Part shown: piece by piece, positions 35,952-46,016 of the stretch
How positions within the stretch are numbered: the stretch's first letter is position 1
Layout: every line of letters starts with the position of its first letter
The notes under the pieces: model-generated
What the model saw: the letters and a program-made list of their open reading frames with translations, nothing else
The model's database searches: none
What the model was told of the DNA's origin: nothing
Position numbers and translations under genes: made by a program
From: an uncultured virus (IMG/VR IMGVR_UViG_3300046524_000073)
Lineage: Duplodnaviria; Heunggongvirae; Uroviricota; Caudoviricetes
Direction: 5' to 3' (one strand)
Virus record (IMG/VR): IMGVR_UViG_3300046524_000073
DNA length: 64,000 bases

Positions 35952-37379
35952 TTACTTACGGTTCGCCCAAAAATCGGCGTGGATTTTGTTGATATCTGTT
36001 GCTTCGGCTGCTGCGTCGGTCGTTTTGCGAGCGACAGTCTTGTTCTTCTGTTTGACGAGCTCGGATGCGGCGTGGAAAGCCATCTTTGCAGCTGCGCAGT
36101 CCATCTTCGACACGTCAGCATCGCCAGTGATCGCGCGGACCAGATCGGCGTTGTCGTTGGTCAGTGCGGCACGAAGGGCGCGGCGTCGCAGCACGCAGAT
36201 TGCGTCTGCGGTCTTCTTGCCTTCAGCCTTCGAATCGAACATCGGCAGCTTCACGCCGGGCGCGAGTATCTCGGCCCGGGCCTTCGCGTCTTGGAATTCG
36301 TCGCGGAACGAGGCCGAATCGTTGGTCGACTTCTTCTCGTCTTCCTTCTTGCCCTCGGACTCGTCTTCATCCTCGGTCATGCCCGGATCATCGACTTCCT
36401 CGCCTTCGTCCTTGGTCTCTTCCTTTTTCTCGTCCTTCTTTTCTTCTTCAGCCGAGTCTTTGGTGAGAGCCTTGACGGAGCCCTCAAGAGAAGTGAGGCG
36501 TTCATCGAACTTGGTCAGCACTGCAGCCAGGTCCGGGCCTTCGTCTTTCGTTTCCTCCTTATCCTCATCCTTCTTGCTTTCCTCGGATTCGGAATCCTTG
36601 GTTGGCATGTGGATGTGGATCGCGGGCATGTTGCCCCCGGCGCCGTCCTCGTCGTTCACCTCTTCAAGCGCTTTCTCAAAACCTTCCGAGTCACGCGCCA
36701 TAAACAGCTTGCGCATCTTGTCCGAAAAGGACGTAGCGCCTTTCTTTACAGCCATGGGTTCATCTCCCAAAAGTACTTTCGAACTGTCCTGGACACTACA
36801 GACAGGGCCACAGCGGGCGCTCTTCACAAGCGCCACGTGGTTTCCCACGATCGATGCCTGCCGCGCCCGCCCAGGCGCGATTTGCTGGTATTCCGCGTCG
36901 TATCCGCAGGAGATTTCCTTCAGACCGTTGTTGCGAATCTCGTTGATAGCGCCCTTATCGGTGATCAGCAGGTCAGCAATCAGCAGATGGCTTTGTTCAC
37001 CTTGGCCGCGCCGGATGTTGTGGGCGGAACCTTTTGAAAGGTAAGCCCAGTTGTCGGGCGTAACAGGCTCGTCGGGATGGTTGATCGTCACCGGCTTACC
37101 GAGAAAACTGGCGATCGTCTCTGGCGCGAAAACGGCTTCTTCATCGCGCTCGACAACGATTACGCCGTCTTTGTCCTCAATGTCTGGCAACTCGATGCCG
37201 GCATAGTCCTGGGTACCGGTGCGCGCAATTGGCACAGCCTCGCAGAGCAGATAGCCCTCAGGAGTGAAAGACTGATTCGGGCCAAGTTGATCTTCTGAGA
37301 AGAATCCGCTAGCCGTGATCGAGTCTTTCGTGGGCGCGCGCTTGCTCACGCACACTTTGCATTCGCACGCATGGGACAT
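35952..37379 (-). CDS. Prohead protease/scaffold (DUF2213-like)
   Basis: TPEGYL.C..VPIARTG...PVT..HP...EISCGY...GNHVALV..ARCG; acidic C-terminal half. Confidence 0.88.
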   Translation of the reverse strand: MSHACECKVCVSKRAPTKDSITASGFFSEDQLGPNQSFTPEGYLLCEAVPIARTGTQDYAGIELPDIEDKDGVIVVERDEEAVFAPETIASFLGKPVTINHPDEPVTPDNWAYLSKGSAHNIRRGQGEQSHLLIADLLITDKGAINEIRNNGLKEISCGYDAEYQQIAPGRARQASIVGNHVALVKSARCGPVCSVQDSSKVLLGDEPMAVKKGATSFSDKMRKLFMARDSEGFEKALEEVNDEDGAGGNMPAIHIHMPTKDSESEESKKDEDKEETKDEGPDLAAVLTKFDERLTSLEGSVKALTKDSAEEEKKDEKKEETKDEGEEVDDPGMTEDEDESEGKKEDEKKSTNDSASFRDEFQDAKARAEILAPGVKLPMFDSKAEGKKTADAICVLRRRALRAALTNDNADLVRAITGDADVSKMDCAAAKMAFHAASELVKQKNKTVARKTTDAAAEATDINKIHADFWANRK

Positions 37380-37411
37380 AGGTATGGATAAAAGAAAACT
37401 GACGAGGCGGG

Positions 37412-38158
37412 TTAATCTGGGATGGCAACCTTGGCCCAACAGCGACACCGGTAAATACAACCCGGGTGCGCCCTGGCACCGGTTCGTTTATCTGCCACAG
37501 GAGGGTCATTCCATGCGAAGAACTTTCCGTCCAGTTCACGATGGTCAGATCTGACGTCGCTGTCGTGACTCGTCGTCCACCAATAGCCCGGGGAATCGAT
37601 TGAGCGCGCGCGCGCTTCGGTAAGCGTCGCCGCGGTGCGGCTTACTTCGGTCACAGCAATCAACTGCGCCCGACTTGCTGTCACTTCGCCGGACCGCATA
37701 ATCTCTTTGGCGATCTCGCTGGCGCGGGCTGAGTCTTCGATGCCAGCCAGCGTCAACCGGTGCACCCGCTGCGCGGCCTCGCGCGGCAGACTCTGAATCA
37801 GGTCCACCTGTTCTGCCAGCAGCGCCCGCATCACTACGCCAGTCGGCGCGTTGCGGATCTCTTCACGAAGACCCCGTGACAGGTCTTTTTCCAGCACCTT
37901 CCACGTCTGCTCATCCCGCAGCGCGACATCCATCAGCATGTTGCTGGCAGTCTGCGTGGCCCAGCCCTTGAGCATGTCCGCGTAGGCGTTTAGCAGGTGC
38001 TCGATCGTCGGCACCTGGCTCATGTCGCCGGGTGTGAATGGCTGGATGATGGATCCGACTTGCTGCGCCACCTTGCGCAGTTGCGAGCCGTAGCGCAACT
38101 CAGCGCCTCGCGTCCTGACCGGGTTGCGTTCGCGCTTGCGGTCAAGGGTTAGGATCAT
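37412..38158 (-). CDS. Head morphogenesis protein (MuF/SPP1 gp7-like)
   Basis: RA.LIA.TE...W.T..D..VR..H..LDG...HPG....CRC. Confidence 0.88.
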   Translation of the reverse strand: MILTLDRKRERNPVRTRGAELRYGSQLRKVAQQVGSIIQPFTPGDMSQVPTIEHLLNAYADMLKGWATQTASNMLMDVALRDEQTWKVLEKDLSRGLREEIRNAPTGVVMRALLAEQVDLIQSLPREAAQRVHRLTLAGIEDSARASEIAKEIMRSGEVTASRAQLIAVTEVSRTAATLTEARARSIDSPGYWWTTSHDSDVRSDHRELDGKFFAWNDPPVADKRTGARAHPGCIYRCRCWAKVAIPD

Positions 38159-39606
38159 TTCTTCTTGCGAAAGCGTTTGAGCCACGAAACGGCAGAGCCG
38201 GAATCGCCAGTCAGAGACGACATATCAGGCAAGTCCATCTCGCCGGGTGGCGGGGCGTTCTTTTCCTGTTCTTCGGCCTCGGCGATTGCTTCGTCCGTGA
38301 TGCCGCCGAACATGCCGGTATTCGGAGCCGATGCTTTCAACTCCTTCATGCCGTCACTGATCTTGATGAGGTTAGCGTCGACCGCGGCAGTGACTGCCTC
38401 AACAGTCGACTTTGCAATCTCCGATTTTTCCTTCTCAGACATTTCTTGAAGGTTCCGGAACTCGAAGCCGAAGTCGTCGGGCAGCGGCTTGCCAAGCGAC
38501 GACATTGACATGACAGCGAATAGGCGCTGCAGAGGGTTTCTGAGCTTGCGCTCCTGATTCTGCTTGACCTTCTCATGCCACTGCTTCATTTCCCCTTCAC
38601 CCGTCGCTCCGAGACCGGTAGGCGACTGACCGAACAGCCGGGTGAATGGCATTCCGAGTGCGCCGCACAGTTGCTGCGCGAATTGAAGCAGCATGTCTGA
38701 CAAGCCGGCGAACGAGTACTGATGAGCTTCAAACTTGTCTTTCCCGTCTACTACCGTGATGCCTTCGTTTGTTTGCCCTTGCCGGATGAACTCCATCTGC
38801 TTATGAAGTGCTGCTAAGGCTGGTCCACCCATTGCGATGATGTCTCGCAGTTTGTCGACCGTCATCGTGCGGAGGTGCGCTTTGTAGATCAGCTGGCCTG
38901 CACCAACAGATGCGCTGTCGAATGCAATCAGACGGTCCCACATCGGCTCGAGCACCGACAGACCCCAGCCGTTCTCAGTGACACGCTGATAGAACGGCAG
39001 ATCCATGCCATCCAGACGGATCGCCCGGGTGTAGTGGATATGTGCCTTGGGGATCGCCGCATAGTCCGCAATTACATCGTAGTAGACCGGGCGACCCATA
39101 TCGGGCCCGTATTCGGTCACTACGTCGCCGATCGGCGGGCTGATCATCCAACGATCCAGGACGAGCAGTCCTTTGAACTGATCCTTGCCGACAGTTTCGG
39201 GCCGCAGCGGCGTCGATAGGTCTTGTCCATCGATCAGCATGACAGCGATACAACCGCCGTACAGGTTCGCCCACTTGCCAGTGTCGCACAGCGCATCCCA
39301 AACAGCCATGCGCATCAAGTCCTGATCGAACCTGGTGATGTCCTCCGGATCGATCCCGGAAAACTCAACGCCCGCTCGCGTCATGTCTTCGGGCAATGCA
39401 TCAACGGCTGCGCGAACGATCCATGAGCCGCGATAAGCCGCCTCCAGGTTGATCCGGTTGCGGCTCTGATACGACAGCGTGTACTGAGATGCAGACGACT
39501 GGTTATTCGTGCCCCAGCCTACGTTCGCGGCGAAGTTGGTGAAGCTGTCGTTCGTGCGGACCGGTTGCGTCACGCCAACCTTCTGATTTCGACGTGACTT
39601 GGACAT
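38155..39606 (-). CDS. Portal protein (DUF1073-like)
   Basis: YR.SW...VD...EDMTR; WG.SVL; PFTRLFGQSP.G; follows terL. Confidence 0.88.
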   Translation of the reverse strand: MSKSRRNQKVGVTQPVRTNDSFTNFAANVGWGTNNQSSASQYTLSYQSRNRINLEAAYRGSWIVRAAVDALPEDMTRAGVEFSGIDPEDITRFDQDLMRMAVWDALCDTGKWANLYGGCIAVMLIDGQDLSTPLRPETVGKDQFKGLLVLDRWMISPPIGDVVTEYGPDMGRPVYYDVIADYAAIPKAHIHYTRAIRLDGMDLPFYQRVTENGWGLSVLEPMWDRLIAFDSASVGAGQLIYKAHLRTMTVDKLRDIIAMGGPALAALHKQMEFIRQGQTNEGITVVDGKDKFEAHQYSFAGLSDMLLQFAQQLCGALGMPFTRLFGQSPTGLGATGEGEMKQWHEKVKQNQERKLRNPLQRLFAVMSMSSLGKPLPDDFGFEFRNLQEMSEKEKSEIAKSTVEAVTAAVDANLIKISDGMKELKASAPNTGMFGGITDEAIAEAEEQEKNAPPPGEMDLPDMSSLTGDSGSAVSWLKRFRKKK

Positions 39607-39650
39607 GCTTGAGTGAATCCTTTCTTGTGGCTCGCGAGCCTTTGGAAGAT

Positions 39651-41246
39651 TTAGCCTGCTAACTTGATCCAAACGTCTAGTTCTCTACCGGCCGGCTGAT
39701 AGCAGATCATCACGGAGTCGGCCAGGTTGGGCGACATTGTTCCTTCCGGTGCCTTGTCGACGACTACCTTGCCGACCGTATTGATCGTGTAAGTCGGCTG
39801 CGACAACTCCATCGTCAACGGGACCAGTTCCTCGAGCTCGGGGTCGATCGATATGAGGTCGTCTGGATCGAATGCCATGCCCTCAACCACAGCGCGATAG
39901 GTCGTCTGGAATCTGATCCTCAACGCCCACCATGCTTGAGCCTTGGCGTTAGCGAAGAAATCCTTGTTCTTGCGCTCTTTGACCATCTCGCCTTCTGGGT
40001 CATGGACGGCGCCGGAGCCGCGAAATGGCTCGTCTCTAACCGGGTACTTGCCGGCTAGAGCGCGCTGCTCATTGATTACGCGGGCATCGCCACGCACGCC
40101 AGCACCTAGGCCGTCAGCGTCGTAATCGAACGCTTCGTACCCGCGCTCGTCGCATATTGAAATGGCTCGCTCGACCGTCGAGAAAATGTCGCTACCTTTT
40201 CCAGACCATGACTTGATGCAATCAAGCAGAAATCCGTGCCGTCCCGCAAAGGCATTCTTGTCCTTGCCTTCATCGGCCACATCGAGTGCGCCGCGACGAC
40301 TTCCGGTCGGCTCAATGCCGAGCTTTTGGTGAGCGCCAATTGCCGCTTGCACCCACTCGGAGGGGATCAACACTCCTTCGGTCGAGGCAGCATAGTTGAT
40401 ATCGATTTCCTGGGCGACCGTTACGGCGTCCAGGACTTCTCGCTGTTTCGCATACCAGGCGTCATCTTTGCGTGGGTCATCGCGCCAATGGAACGTGAAA
40501 ACCTTTATCTTCCCACTGTGCCGGCGCTGTGCAAACGAATTCCCCATCCCGTTCGGTGTGGAGATGTCCTGTCGACAATTTGTTGTCGCCGACAGTGAGG
40601 CGTCAACCAGTTGCGGACGCTCAAGGAACGCCGATTCGTCGACAATATAGAAACTTGCCCGATCCCCGCGGCCAATGCCATCCCCTGATTCGCCTGTAAT
40701 GACCGAGCCACTGTCAGGGAAGATGATGCGCATGTGCGGAGCATGGGAAGAAACGCTCCACGATCCTCGAAACTCGGCCGGCAGCAACGACATGAATTGC
40801 CGCGCCTTCCAAAACAGCGACTTTGGAGATCCGATCTTGTCGACGTACTCTTCTTTGCGGGAGCCGAATCCAACCACGACGCCGGGGCTGAACAGGCAAA
40901 CAGTGTCGGCTAGCGCCACCGTGAGCCACGACATCCCCATGTCGCGCGTCTTTTCTGTGATACCGGGCTCCTGTGCCTTCCAGCGCTCGAGGAACCAGAC
41001 GATCCACTCTTCTTGCTTCGGGAATAGCAGGAAAGGGATCTGGGCAGGCAGTCCTCGCTCGACATTGCGAGGGTCAAACGTCATACCCCAGTCAATGATG
41101 AATTGCGCCGGATTGTCCCGGTAGTACGTCTTCAGCGCGGGAACCAGTTGCGGCTCCGCGCGAATGCGCCGTAGCCGCTCCGCCCGCCACTCGAACACCT
41201 GCACGTAGTCAGGGTTGCGGAAGTCAAACGGAAACGGGATTGGCAT
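39651..41246 (-). CDS. terL: Terminase large subunit
   Basis: [37 protein letters not shown]. Confidence 0.93.
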   Translation of the reverse strand: MPIPFPFDFRNPDYVQVFEWRAERLRRIRAEPQLVPALKTYYRDNPAQFIIDWGMTFDPRNVERGLPAQIPFLLFPKQEEWIVWFLERWKAQEPGITEKTRDMGMSWLTVALADTVCLFSPGVVVGFGSRKEEYVDKIGSPKSLFWKARQFMSLLPAEFRGSWSVSSHAPHMRIIFPDSGSVITGESGDGIGRGDRASFYIVDESAFLERPQLVDASLSATTNCRQDISTPNGMGNSFAQRRHSGKIKVFTFHWRDDPRKDDAWYAKQREVLDAVTVAQEIDINYAASTEGVLIPSEWVQAAIGAHQKLGIEPTGSRRGALDVADEGKDKNAFAGRHGFLLDCIKSWSGKGSDIFSTVERAISICDERGYEAFDYDADGLGAGVRGDARVINEQRALAGKYPVRDEPFRGSGAVHDPEGEMVKERKNKDFFANAKAQAWWALRIRFQTTYRAVVEGMAFDPDDLISIDPELEELVPLTMELSQPTYTINTVGKVVVDKAPEGTMSPNLADSVMICYQPAGRELDVWIKLAG

Positions 41247-41247
41247 G

Positions 41248-41895
41248 TCATGGATTCATCAGCCGCGCGTATTGCTTCGCTGCTTCAATTGGGTCGGATG
41301 CAGCGAACTGCTTGGGATTGCTGTCGCCGCCAGCCGCCTCACTGCCAATGCTGTACGCCTCGCGCTCGAGTCCGATCAGCGTCTTGAGCGTATCCGAGAG
41401 CTTCTTCATGCCGTCGATGCGGCCCGCGCTCGAGATGACCTTGTTGTACAGATCGTTGCGCCGGTCCTGGCCCTTGTCATCGTCTGAGCGCAAGATCTCA
41501 CCGAGCTCGCGGAACAGATCAAGGTTGGCGGTTTCGATCTCTAACTCCTCTAGCAGCGCCATCGCCAGCGCGCGCGAACGGCTGATGTCTGTCCGGTGAG
41601 CAAGTCGGATTCGGGCGATTGCTTCTGCGCCGGAGTCGATGATCTCGCGCTCTGAAACAGGGCTTTTCGCTGTTACATCGGCTGTTACAGTGCGCTTTGT
41701 TACAAGCTCATCGGCCTTGGCCTTGATCTTCGCGGACAGGTCACGCGTCCATCCGGATGCTTTGGCCTTGCGGGCGATGGCAACGTGGTTGGCTCCAGGG
41801 TTTGCCGCAGCAATCTCCCTGAGAGACAGGATGCCGGCCCGGTAGTCGGCTTCGATGCGCTCCCAGTCCGGCGCGGCTTTCTTTTCCTGCGCCAT
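41248..41895 (-). CDS. terS: Terminase small subunit
   Basis: [28 protein letters not shown]; upstream of terL. Confidence 0.85.
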   Translation of the reverse strand: MAQEKKAAPDWERIEADYRAGILSLREIAAANPGANHVAIARKAKASGWTRDLSAKIKAKADELVTKRTVTADVTAKSPVSEREIIDSGAEAIARIRLAHRTDISRSRALAMALLEELEIETANLDLFRELGEILRSDDDKGQDRRNDLYNKVISSAGRIDGMKKLSDTLKTLIGLEREAYSIGSEAAGGDSNPKQFAASDPIEAAKQYARLMNP

Positions 41896-41993
41896 AGTTC
41901 TTGGTTTACCCTGGTATTGAATCTTCTTTTGTCAGACCTTACCTTTGATGCGCGCCAGCACTCCGCTGTGCGACACCACAAGAGGAACCGACG

Positions 41994-42194
41994 ATGAGCA
42001 TGAAACTGGGGAATATCCAAATCAATCGCGACCAGAACCGGGTTGCTAAGTCAGCAATGTGCGGCTTGGCAAATGGCAAGGGCGACTTCATCAATGTCAC
42101 CTTGCACCTCGAGGCGCATCACAACCTCGAGCAAATGACGTTCGATCAGTTCGAGCAACTCGCCATTGAGGCCGCGAAGAAACTGCATCCGTAA
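41994..42194 (+). CDS. Small hypothetical protein (antisense to the late operon)
   Basis: GAGG RBS; fills the intergenic gap. Confidence 0.55.
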   Translation: MSMKLGNIQINRDQNRVAKSAMCGLANGKGDFINVTLHLEAHHNLEQMTFDQFEQLAIEAAKKLHP

Positions 42195-42234
42195 CTGGCG
42201 GAGGTGCTGGCGCATTCAGTTGCGTCGGCGCCTG

Positions 42235-43404
42235 TCACGCAGCCGCCTCAAACATCTCCGGACATACAATCGTCCGCGCGACTTGCCCATATCGTTCGTG
42301 GTAAGTCACCAATGCCGCAGCCCGCTCCGAGATCCACCCACCGCGCGCCGAATGTGCATCTCGAGCGGCGAGCGTTGGGTGCTGCGTGACGGTCATGCCA
42401 GCGTACTCTTTCTCGTCCACATGATGACGGTGGCCGCAATGTGCGTATCGCTTGACGGTGTTTCCCCACACTTTCGGGAACTGGGCCGCGAACAGCATGG
42501 GCAATTGCTCGTTGGTCACTTTGTGACCGTGGTGGAACGCCAGCATCACTTCGCCGTGCTGGTGGACGTAGAACGGAAGTTCCGAATCGTTCACCGTCAG
42601 GCGGGGTTCGTTTTCATGCAGCGCGGCGAACATGTGGCGAAGCCAGAGCGAACCTGACTCATCGTGATTACCCTCGCAAATGATCAGATGCACTGTCTGG
42701 TGCTTTGCCAGCGCGTGACTGATCAGACGGCGAAGCACGCGAATTGCTGCGGCGACGATCTTTGAAAACCGCCCATCGGTGTCCAGGACGTTCTTGTGCG
42801 CGGGCGTAAGGGGCAAAAGCCCATCGCTATGCAGAAAGTCGCCTTGAATCGTCAGGACGCATGATGCGGCCTGCGGCGCTGATTCGACCATATGGACGAA
42901 GCTGGCGAGAAGAAGGCTTTCCGCGATCTTCAAATCCCAATCTGCGCCGCCCTCACGGTGCCAACTCAACTGGCCCATGTGGTAGTCAGTGAAAACGATC
43001 AGATTGCACAGCGCAGCGTCGACCTTCACGGGGCCGGCGGCTGCAGTCACCCGCGGCAACGTCTCGGCCATCGCAGCACAGGCCTCGCGGAATATCTCTT
43101 CCTGCCGATCGTGATCAATCTGGCTCTTTACCCATTGGCCAGTGAGAACGCCGTCCTTGTTGAAATAGGACGAGACGCCTTTTGTCAGGAAGCCATCAGG
43201 CACGACCCGAGTCATATGGCACTCAGGCGCGTAACCCATCTTTGCCGCTTTCTTCTTCAGCGACGCAATGGCATTCCCGATCGTGCCGTGACTCAGGCCC
43301 AACTCAGCAGCGGCTTTCCGCTCGGAGCCCAGCCGATCTACGACCTCGAGGAATTCGAGTTGCCTCGGCGTGGCAAACTGGCGAAGGTTTTCGTCTATTG
43401 CCAC
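42235..43404 (-). CDS. HTH plus calcineurin-like metallophosphoesterase
   Basis: DYH, GDFLH, GNHD, HHGH, GHRH motifs; N-terminal HTH. Confidence 0.85.
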   Translation of the reverse strand: MAIDENLRQFATPRQLEFLEVVDRLGSERKAAAELGLSHGTIGNAIASLKKKAAKMGYAPECHMTRVVPDGFLTKGVSSYFNKDGVLTGQWVKSQIDHDRQEEIFREACAAMAETLPRVTAAAGPVKVDAALCNLIVFTDYHMGQLSWHREGGADWDLKIAESLLLASFVHMVESAPQAASCVLTIQGDFLHSDGLLPLTPAHKNVLDTDGRFSKIVAAAIRVLRRLISHALAKHQTVHLIICEGNHDESGSLWLRHMFAALHENEPRLTVNDSELPFYVHQHGEVMLAFHHGHKVTNEQLPMLFAAQFPKVWGNTVKRYAHCGHRHHVDEKEYAGMTVTQHPTLAARDAHSARGGWISERAAALVTYHERYGQVARTIVCPEMFEAAA

Positions 43405-43413
43405 GGTTTCCCC

Positions 43414-43626
43414 TTAAGAACTTAGTTTTGGCCCGAAGTCGCCGCACCACACATCTGGAGCGGTGATCGGAAAGGTCGAAATGATCTCGCCTTCGCTGAT
43501 GTCGAAGACCGGTATAGGCGGATGACGGCGACAGGTGATTACTTCGTCACCGAAGTGCGCGAATCGGCACTCACGGCAGATTTCTGTACGCTCGGCGACT
43601 TCGATAACCTTGGGTTTGCGAGCCAT
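43414..43626 (-). CDS. Small Cys-rich metal-binding protein
   Basis: CRECRF...CRRHPP...WCGDF. Confidence 0.75.
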   Translation of the reverse strand: MARKPKVIEVAERTEICRECRFAHFGDEVITCRRHPPIPVFDISEGEIISTFPITAPDVWCGDFGPKLSS

Positions 43627-43640
43627 CGAGCCGCCAAAAT

Positions 43641-43660
43641 AAAAAGCCGCTCTAGGCGGC
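43641..43660 (-). terminator. Intrinsic terminator
   Basis: GCCGC/GCGGC stem plus T5 on the minus strand. Confidence 0.6.
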
Positions 43661-44059
43661 AATCTCATCAGAAGATGAGAAGGGGTAGGCGAGGGAGTCC
43701 GCAAACAGCACTGACGTTATTTCGCGTCCTAGCCTAAGAAGCGGCGGCGCAATCTAGTGAGCCACATCACATGCGGCAATGTCCTCTACCCGGCGCCCGC
43801 ACAGTGTGCGGATTGTTCTGGGATCGCTGCGGACATCAATGGTCGATTGCGGCTGTCACCCTCATTGAATCACTGCAACCCGTCGCCCTCACGGCGCGTT
43901 TGACCCGCAAGGGCAGTCTCAGCGATTGAATCAGGATGCTCCCGGGACACAGAGTCAGCGATTAAGCCTCTTCGTGCTGCCCGCGAGATACAAATTAGAT
44001 GCTTCCGTCGCCCGTTTTCTACAACCAGCCCGACACTGGCTGACGGCGGAAGCAGGGAA

Positions 44060-44341
44060 TCAAACAAACAACTCGTTAGGATGCACGCCACGCCGAATGG
44101 CTATATGCTGAACGCGACCGTGGGGCCAGCGGTATGCATCATTAAGATCCCGCTCAGCCATCCGAGCCGCTGACTCGCTTCGATAAAGCTTCGGCACATC
44201 GTGCCATGCAGTGCTTGGCGTATCATCGCGCCGCATATAGCGCCACCAGAGGCACCACGGATATTCATACAGGCGTTGGCCGCACCACGTGCACTCAGTC
44301 GAATGCTCACCGTTTATGGTCTGGCAACCAACGCAAATCAT
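44060..44341 (-). CDS. Hypothetical protein with N-terminal Zn ribbon
   Basis: CVGC...CTWCG; GAGGTG RBS. Confidence 0.6.
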   Translation of the reverse strand: MICVGCQTINGEHSTECTWCGQRLYEYPWCLWWRYMRRDDTPSTAWHDVPKLYRSESAARMAERDLNDAYRWPHGRVQHIAIRRGVHPNELFV

Positions 44342-44394
44342 GCAATCACCTCAAAACAGATAATCTTCCGGATCGCAGCACTGCCGCCCATCTA

Positions 44395-44529
44395 CTAACT
44401 CACGCGAGCACCACCAGCAGCGTAGCGCTCGGAGACGCCGATAAGCCAGTCTGCCCATTCTGTATAGCCTTGCGCCAGTCCAATGTGAACGGTAGAGAGC
44501 CACAGCAGCCATGCGGTTAGTGGATTCAT
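44395..44529 (-). CDS. Small hypothetical protein (44 aa, MNPLTAWLLW...)
   Basis: Translated by hand; ATGA overlap. Confidence 0.5.
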   Translation of the reverse strand: MNPLTAWLLWLSTVHIGLAQGYTEWADWLIGVSERYAAGGARVS

Positions 44530-44648
44530 TTCGTCAGCGCCCGCAATTGGTCAAGCCGTGCGACCATCGAAGCCCTGAGAGCCGGATCAATGTTGCGCAT
44601 ACGTTCCAGATCCAATTCCAAGCTGTCGATCAACTCTTGAACGTTCAT
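44526..44648 (-). CDS. Small hypothetical protein (40 aa, MNVQELIDSL...)
   Basis: Translated by hand; coupled to the next ORF. Confidence 0.5.
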   Translation of the reverse strand: MNVQELIDSLELDLERMRNIDPALRASMVARLDQLRALTK

Positions 44649-44708
44649 TTGATACTCGAATTCTGGCCGGCGAACCGGCAAGAGCCATATTGCATGGCTG
44701 CGGGCGGG

Positions 44709-44969
44709 TTACAGCTCACGAACGGGCTGCGGCGGGATTGGTACGTCAAACAATGCTTCTGCGGCCTCTCTTGCTGCACTCCAGCACTTCGCTCGTTCGG
44801 CTGCCGTCCCTCGCTTTAGCGTCAGGATTGGGCGTCCAATTGCGGGCGCATTCGCCTCAAGTTCTGAGGCGCGCTTTGCTTCATTCGCCGCTTCTGCCTG
44901 CTGCCTCTCCAATAGGAGCATCGGATCGACACCAAAGGTGCGCGATTCGAATGTGACGGAGCGGGACAT
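44709..44969 (-). CDS. Hypothetical protein, first late gene
   Basis: DPMLLLERQQ; immediately after tR'. Confidence 0.6.
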   Translation of the reverse strand: MSRSVTFESRTFGVDPMLLLERQQAEAANEAKRASELEANAPAIGRPILTLKRGTAAERAKCWSAAREAAEALFDVPIPPQPVREL

Positions 44970-44985
44970 GGCGAGGCCGGAAATG

Positions 44986-45013
44986 AAAAAGCCCCGCATC
45001 GATAGCAGGGCTT
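44986..45013 (-). terminator. tR'-like terminator
   Basis: AAGCCCTGC-TATCGAT-GCGGGGCTT-TTT on the minus strand. Confidence 0.8.
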
Positions 45014-45048
45014 GTTTCGGCCAAGCACAGGAACTCAGCCTTTCCGAA

Positions 45049-45077
45049 ATCATATGGAAACAAGCCCTTTTACTCAA
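45049..45077 (-). promoter_or_regulatory. pR'-like late promoter
   Basis: TTGAGT-17 nt-TATGAT on the minus strand, just after the Q-like gene. Confidence 0.75.
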
Positions 45078-45108
45078 CCACTGTTTTATCAACTATGGAG
45101 TTTAGTAT

Positions 45109-45501
45109 TTATAGGCCGGAGAGCATGCGGTGATACGCGCGGTGAGCATTCGTCCGAAACGTCTTGACCATCTTGTGCATGCCTTGCTCCGTGACTTCGA
45201 GCTCATCGGCCAACAACTTCAGCGGGCGAACGCGGTGCAGGTAGTAGCAGTAGAACGCCAGCTTCGGTCGACCTTCCGGCATTCCCAATAGCGCGAGATT
45301 GAAGTAGCTTGCACTCGCGCTCAACTCTGCGTCGGGCACTTCACCGCCCGGAAGGTTCTGCAAACGCACCAGAAGATTTTGCGGGACGGGCGGAGCCCAT
45401 ATGCGTCGCGAACGATGCCATGACGCCCACTTAAGGCAGAACTCATGGATGCGCTTATCCTCGCTTTGTGCAATGACTTTGCCTTCAGTAACCACGTCCA
45501 T
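45109..45501 (-). CDS. Probable late antiterminator (Q-like)
   Basis: Position before pR'/tR'; C..WA.W N-terminus; C-terminal HTH-like segment. Confidence 0.6.
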   Translation of the reverse strand: MDVVTEGKVIAQSEDKRIHEFCLKWASWHRSRRIWAPPVPQNLLVRLQNLPGGEVPDAELSASASYFNLALLGMPEGRPKLAFYCYYLHRVRPLKLLADELEVTEQGMHKMVKTFRTNAHRAYHRMLSGL

Positions 45502-45621
45502 ATGAACCCCGCAACACGATATATAGTGAAGACACAAAAAACGACACAACTGGTAGCGGTCATTATACCAAGAAACGCGCAGTACTCCTACTGAAAAGCG
45601 TTGTCAATCAGCAAGTTGCGA

Positions 45622-45837
45622 TCATTCTTCTAGACCGGTAACGCCATACATGTACATAGGCTCTGGCGGCGATTCCCGCTCCGGCGTGATTACTTCCGGA
45701 ACCCTATCCCGATTCCTCCTCCGGCTGAGTGTCGGTGCTTCGTAGCGGGGGCGGTGCAGGATGACTAGAAAGATCAGCAGGCCGAGAGCGAAGATGCCCA
45801 AGATAAAGCCGACTAGAAGAACGCCTAGATTGATCAT
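45622..45837 (-). CDS. Small membrane protein
   Basis: N-terminal TM; ATGA overlap. Confidence 0.6.
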   Translation of the reverse strand: MINLGVLLVGFILGIFALGLLIFLVILHRPRYEAPTLSRRRNRDRVPEVITPERESPPEPMYMYGVTGLEE

Positions 45838-46016
45838 GATTGTTCCTTCAGCGCCCGGATAAGGCCGGCGATCTCGTGGCCTTCAATCGTTCCCATGTCG
45901 TAACACTCTGCAATGTCTGCGCAGCGCTCGATGAGGGCTAGATAGTCCTTATGCAGGACATAAAGCCCGCTTTCGCAGGGCATCGATGAAACGCCGTATC
46001 TTTGGGGTTTGGTCAT
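45834..46016 (-). CDS. Hypothetical protein
   Basis: ATGA overlaps; GGAGG RBS. Confidence 0.65.
   Translation of the reverse strand: MTKPQRYGVSSMPCESGLYVLHKDYLALIERCADIAECYDMGTIEGHEIAGLIRALKEQS

Noticed and set aside
35919..37044. Two long + strand ORFs (372 and 367 aa)
   Set aside because: Antisense to the protease/scaffold; low-complexity mirror of its acidic codons.
38155..39606. Anti-CBASS Acb1 label sometimes attached to DUF1073 proteins
   Set aside because: Position after terL, size and motifs indicate a portal; no 2H phosphoesterase HxT motif pair is evident.
43663..43725. Minus-strand hammerhead (CTGATGA with an upstream CGAAA)
   Set aside because: Stems I-III cannot be formed; CTGATGA lies in a simple TCTCATC/GATGAGA hairpin.
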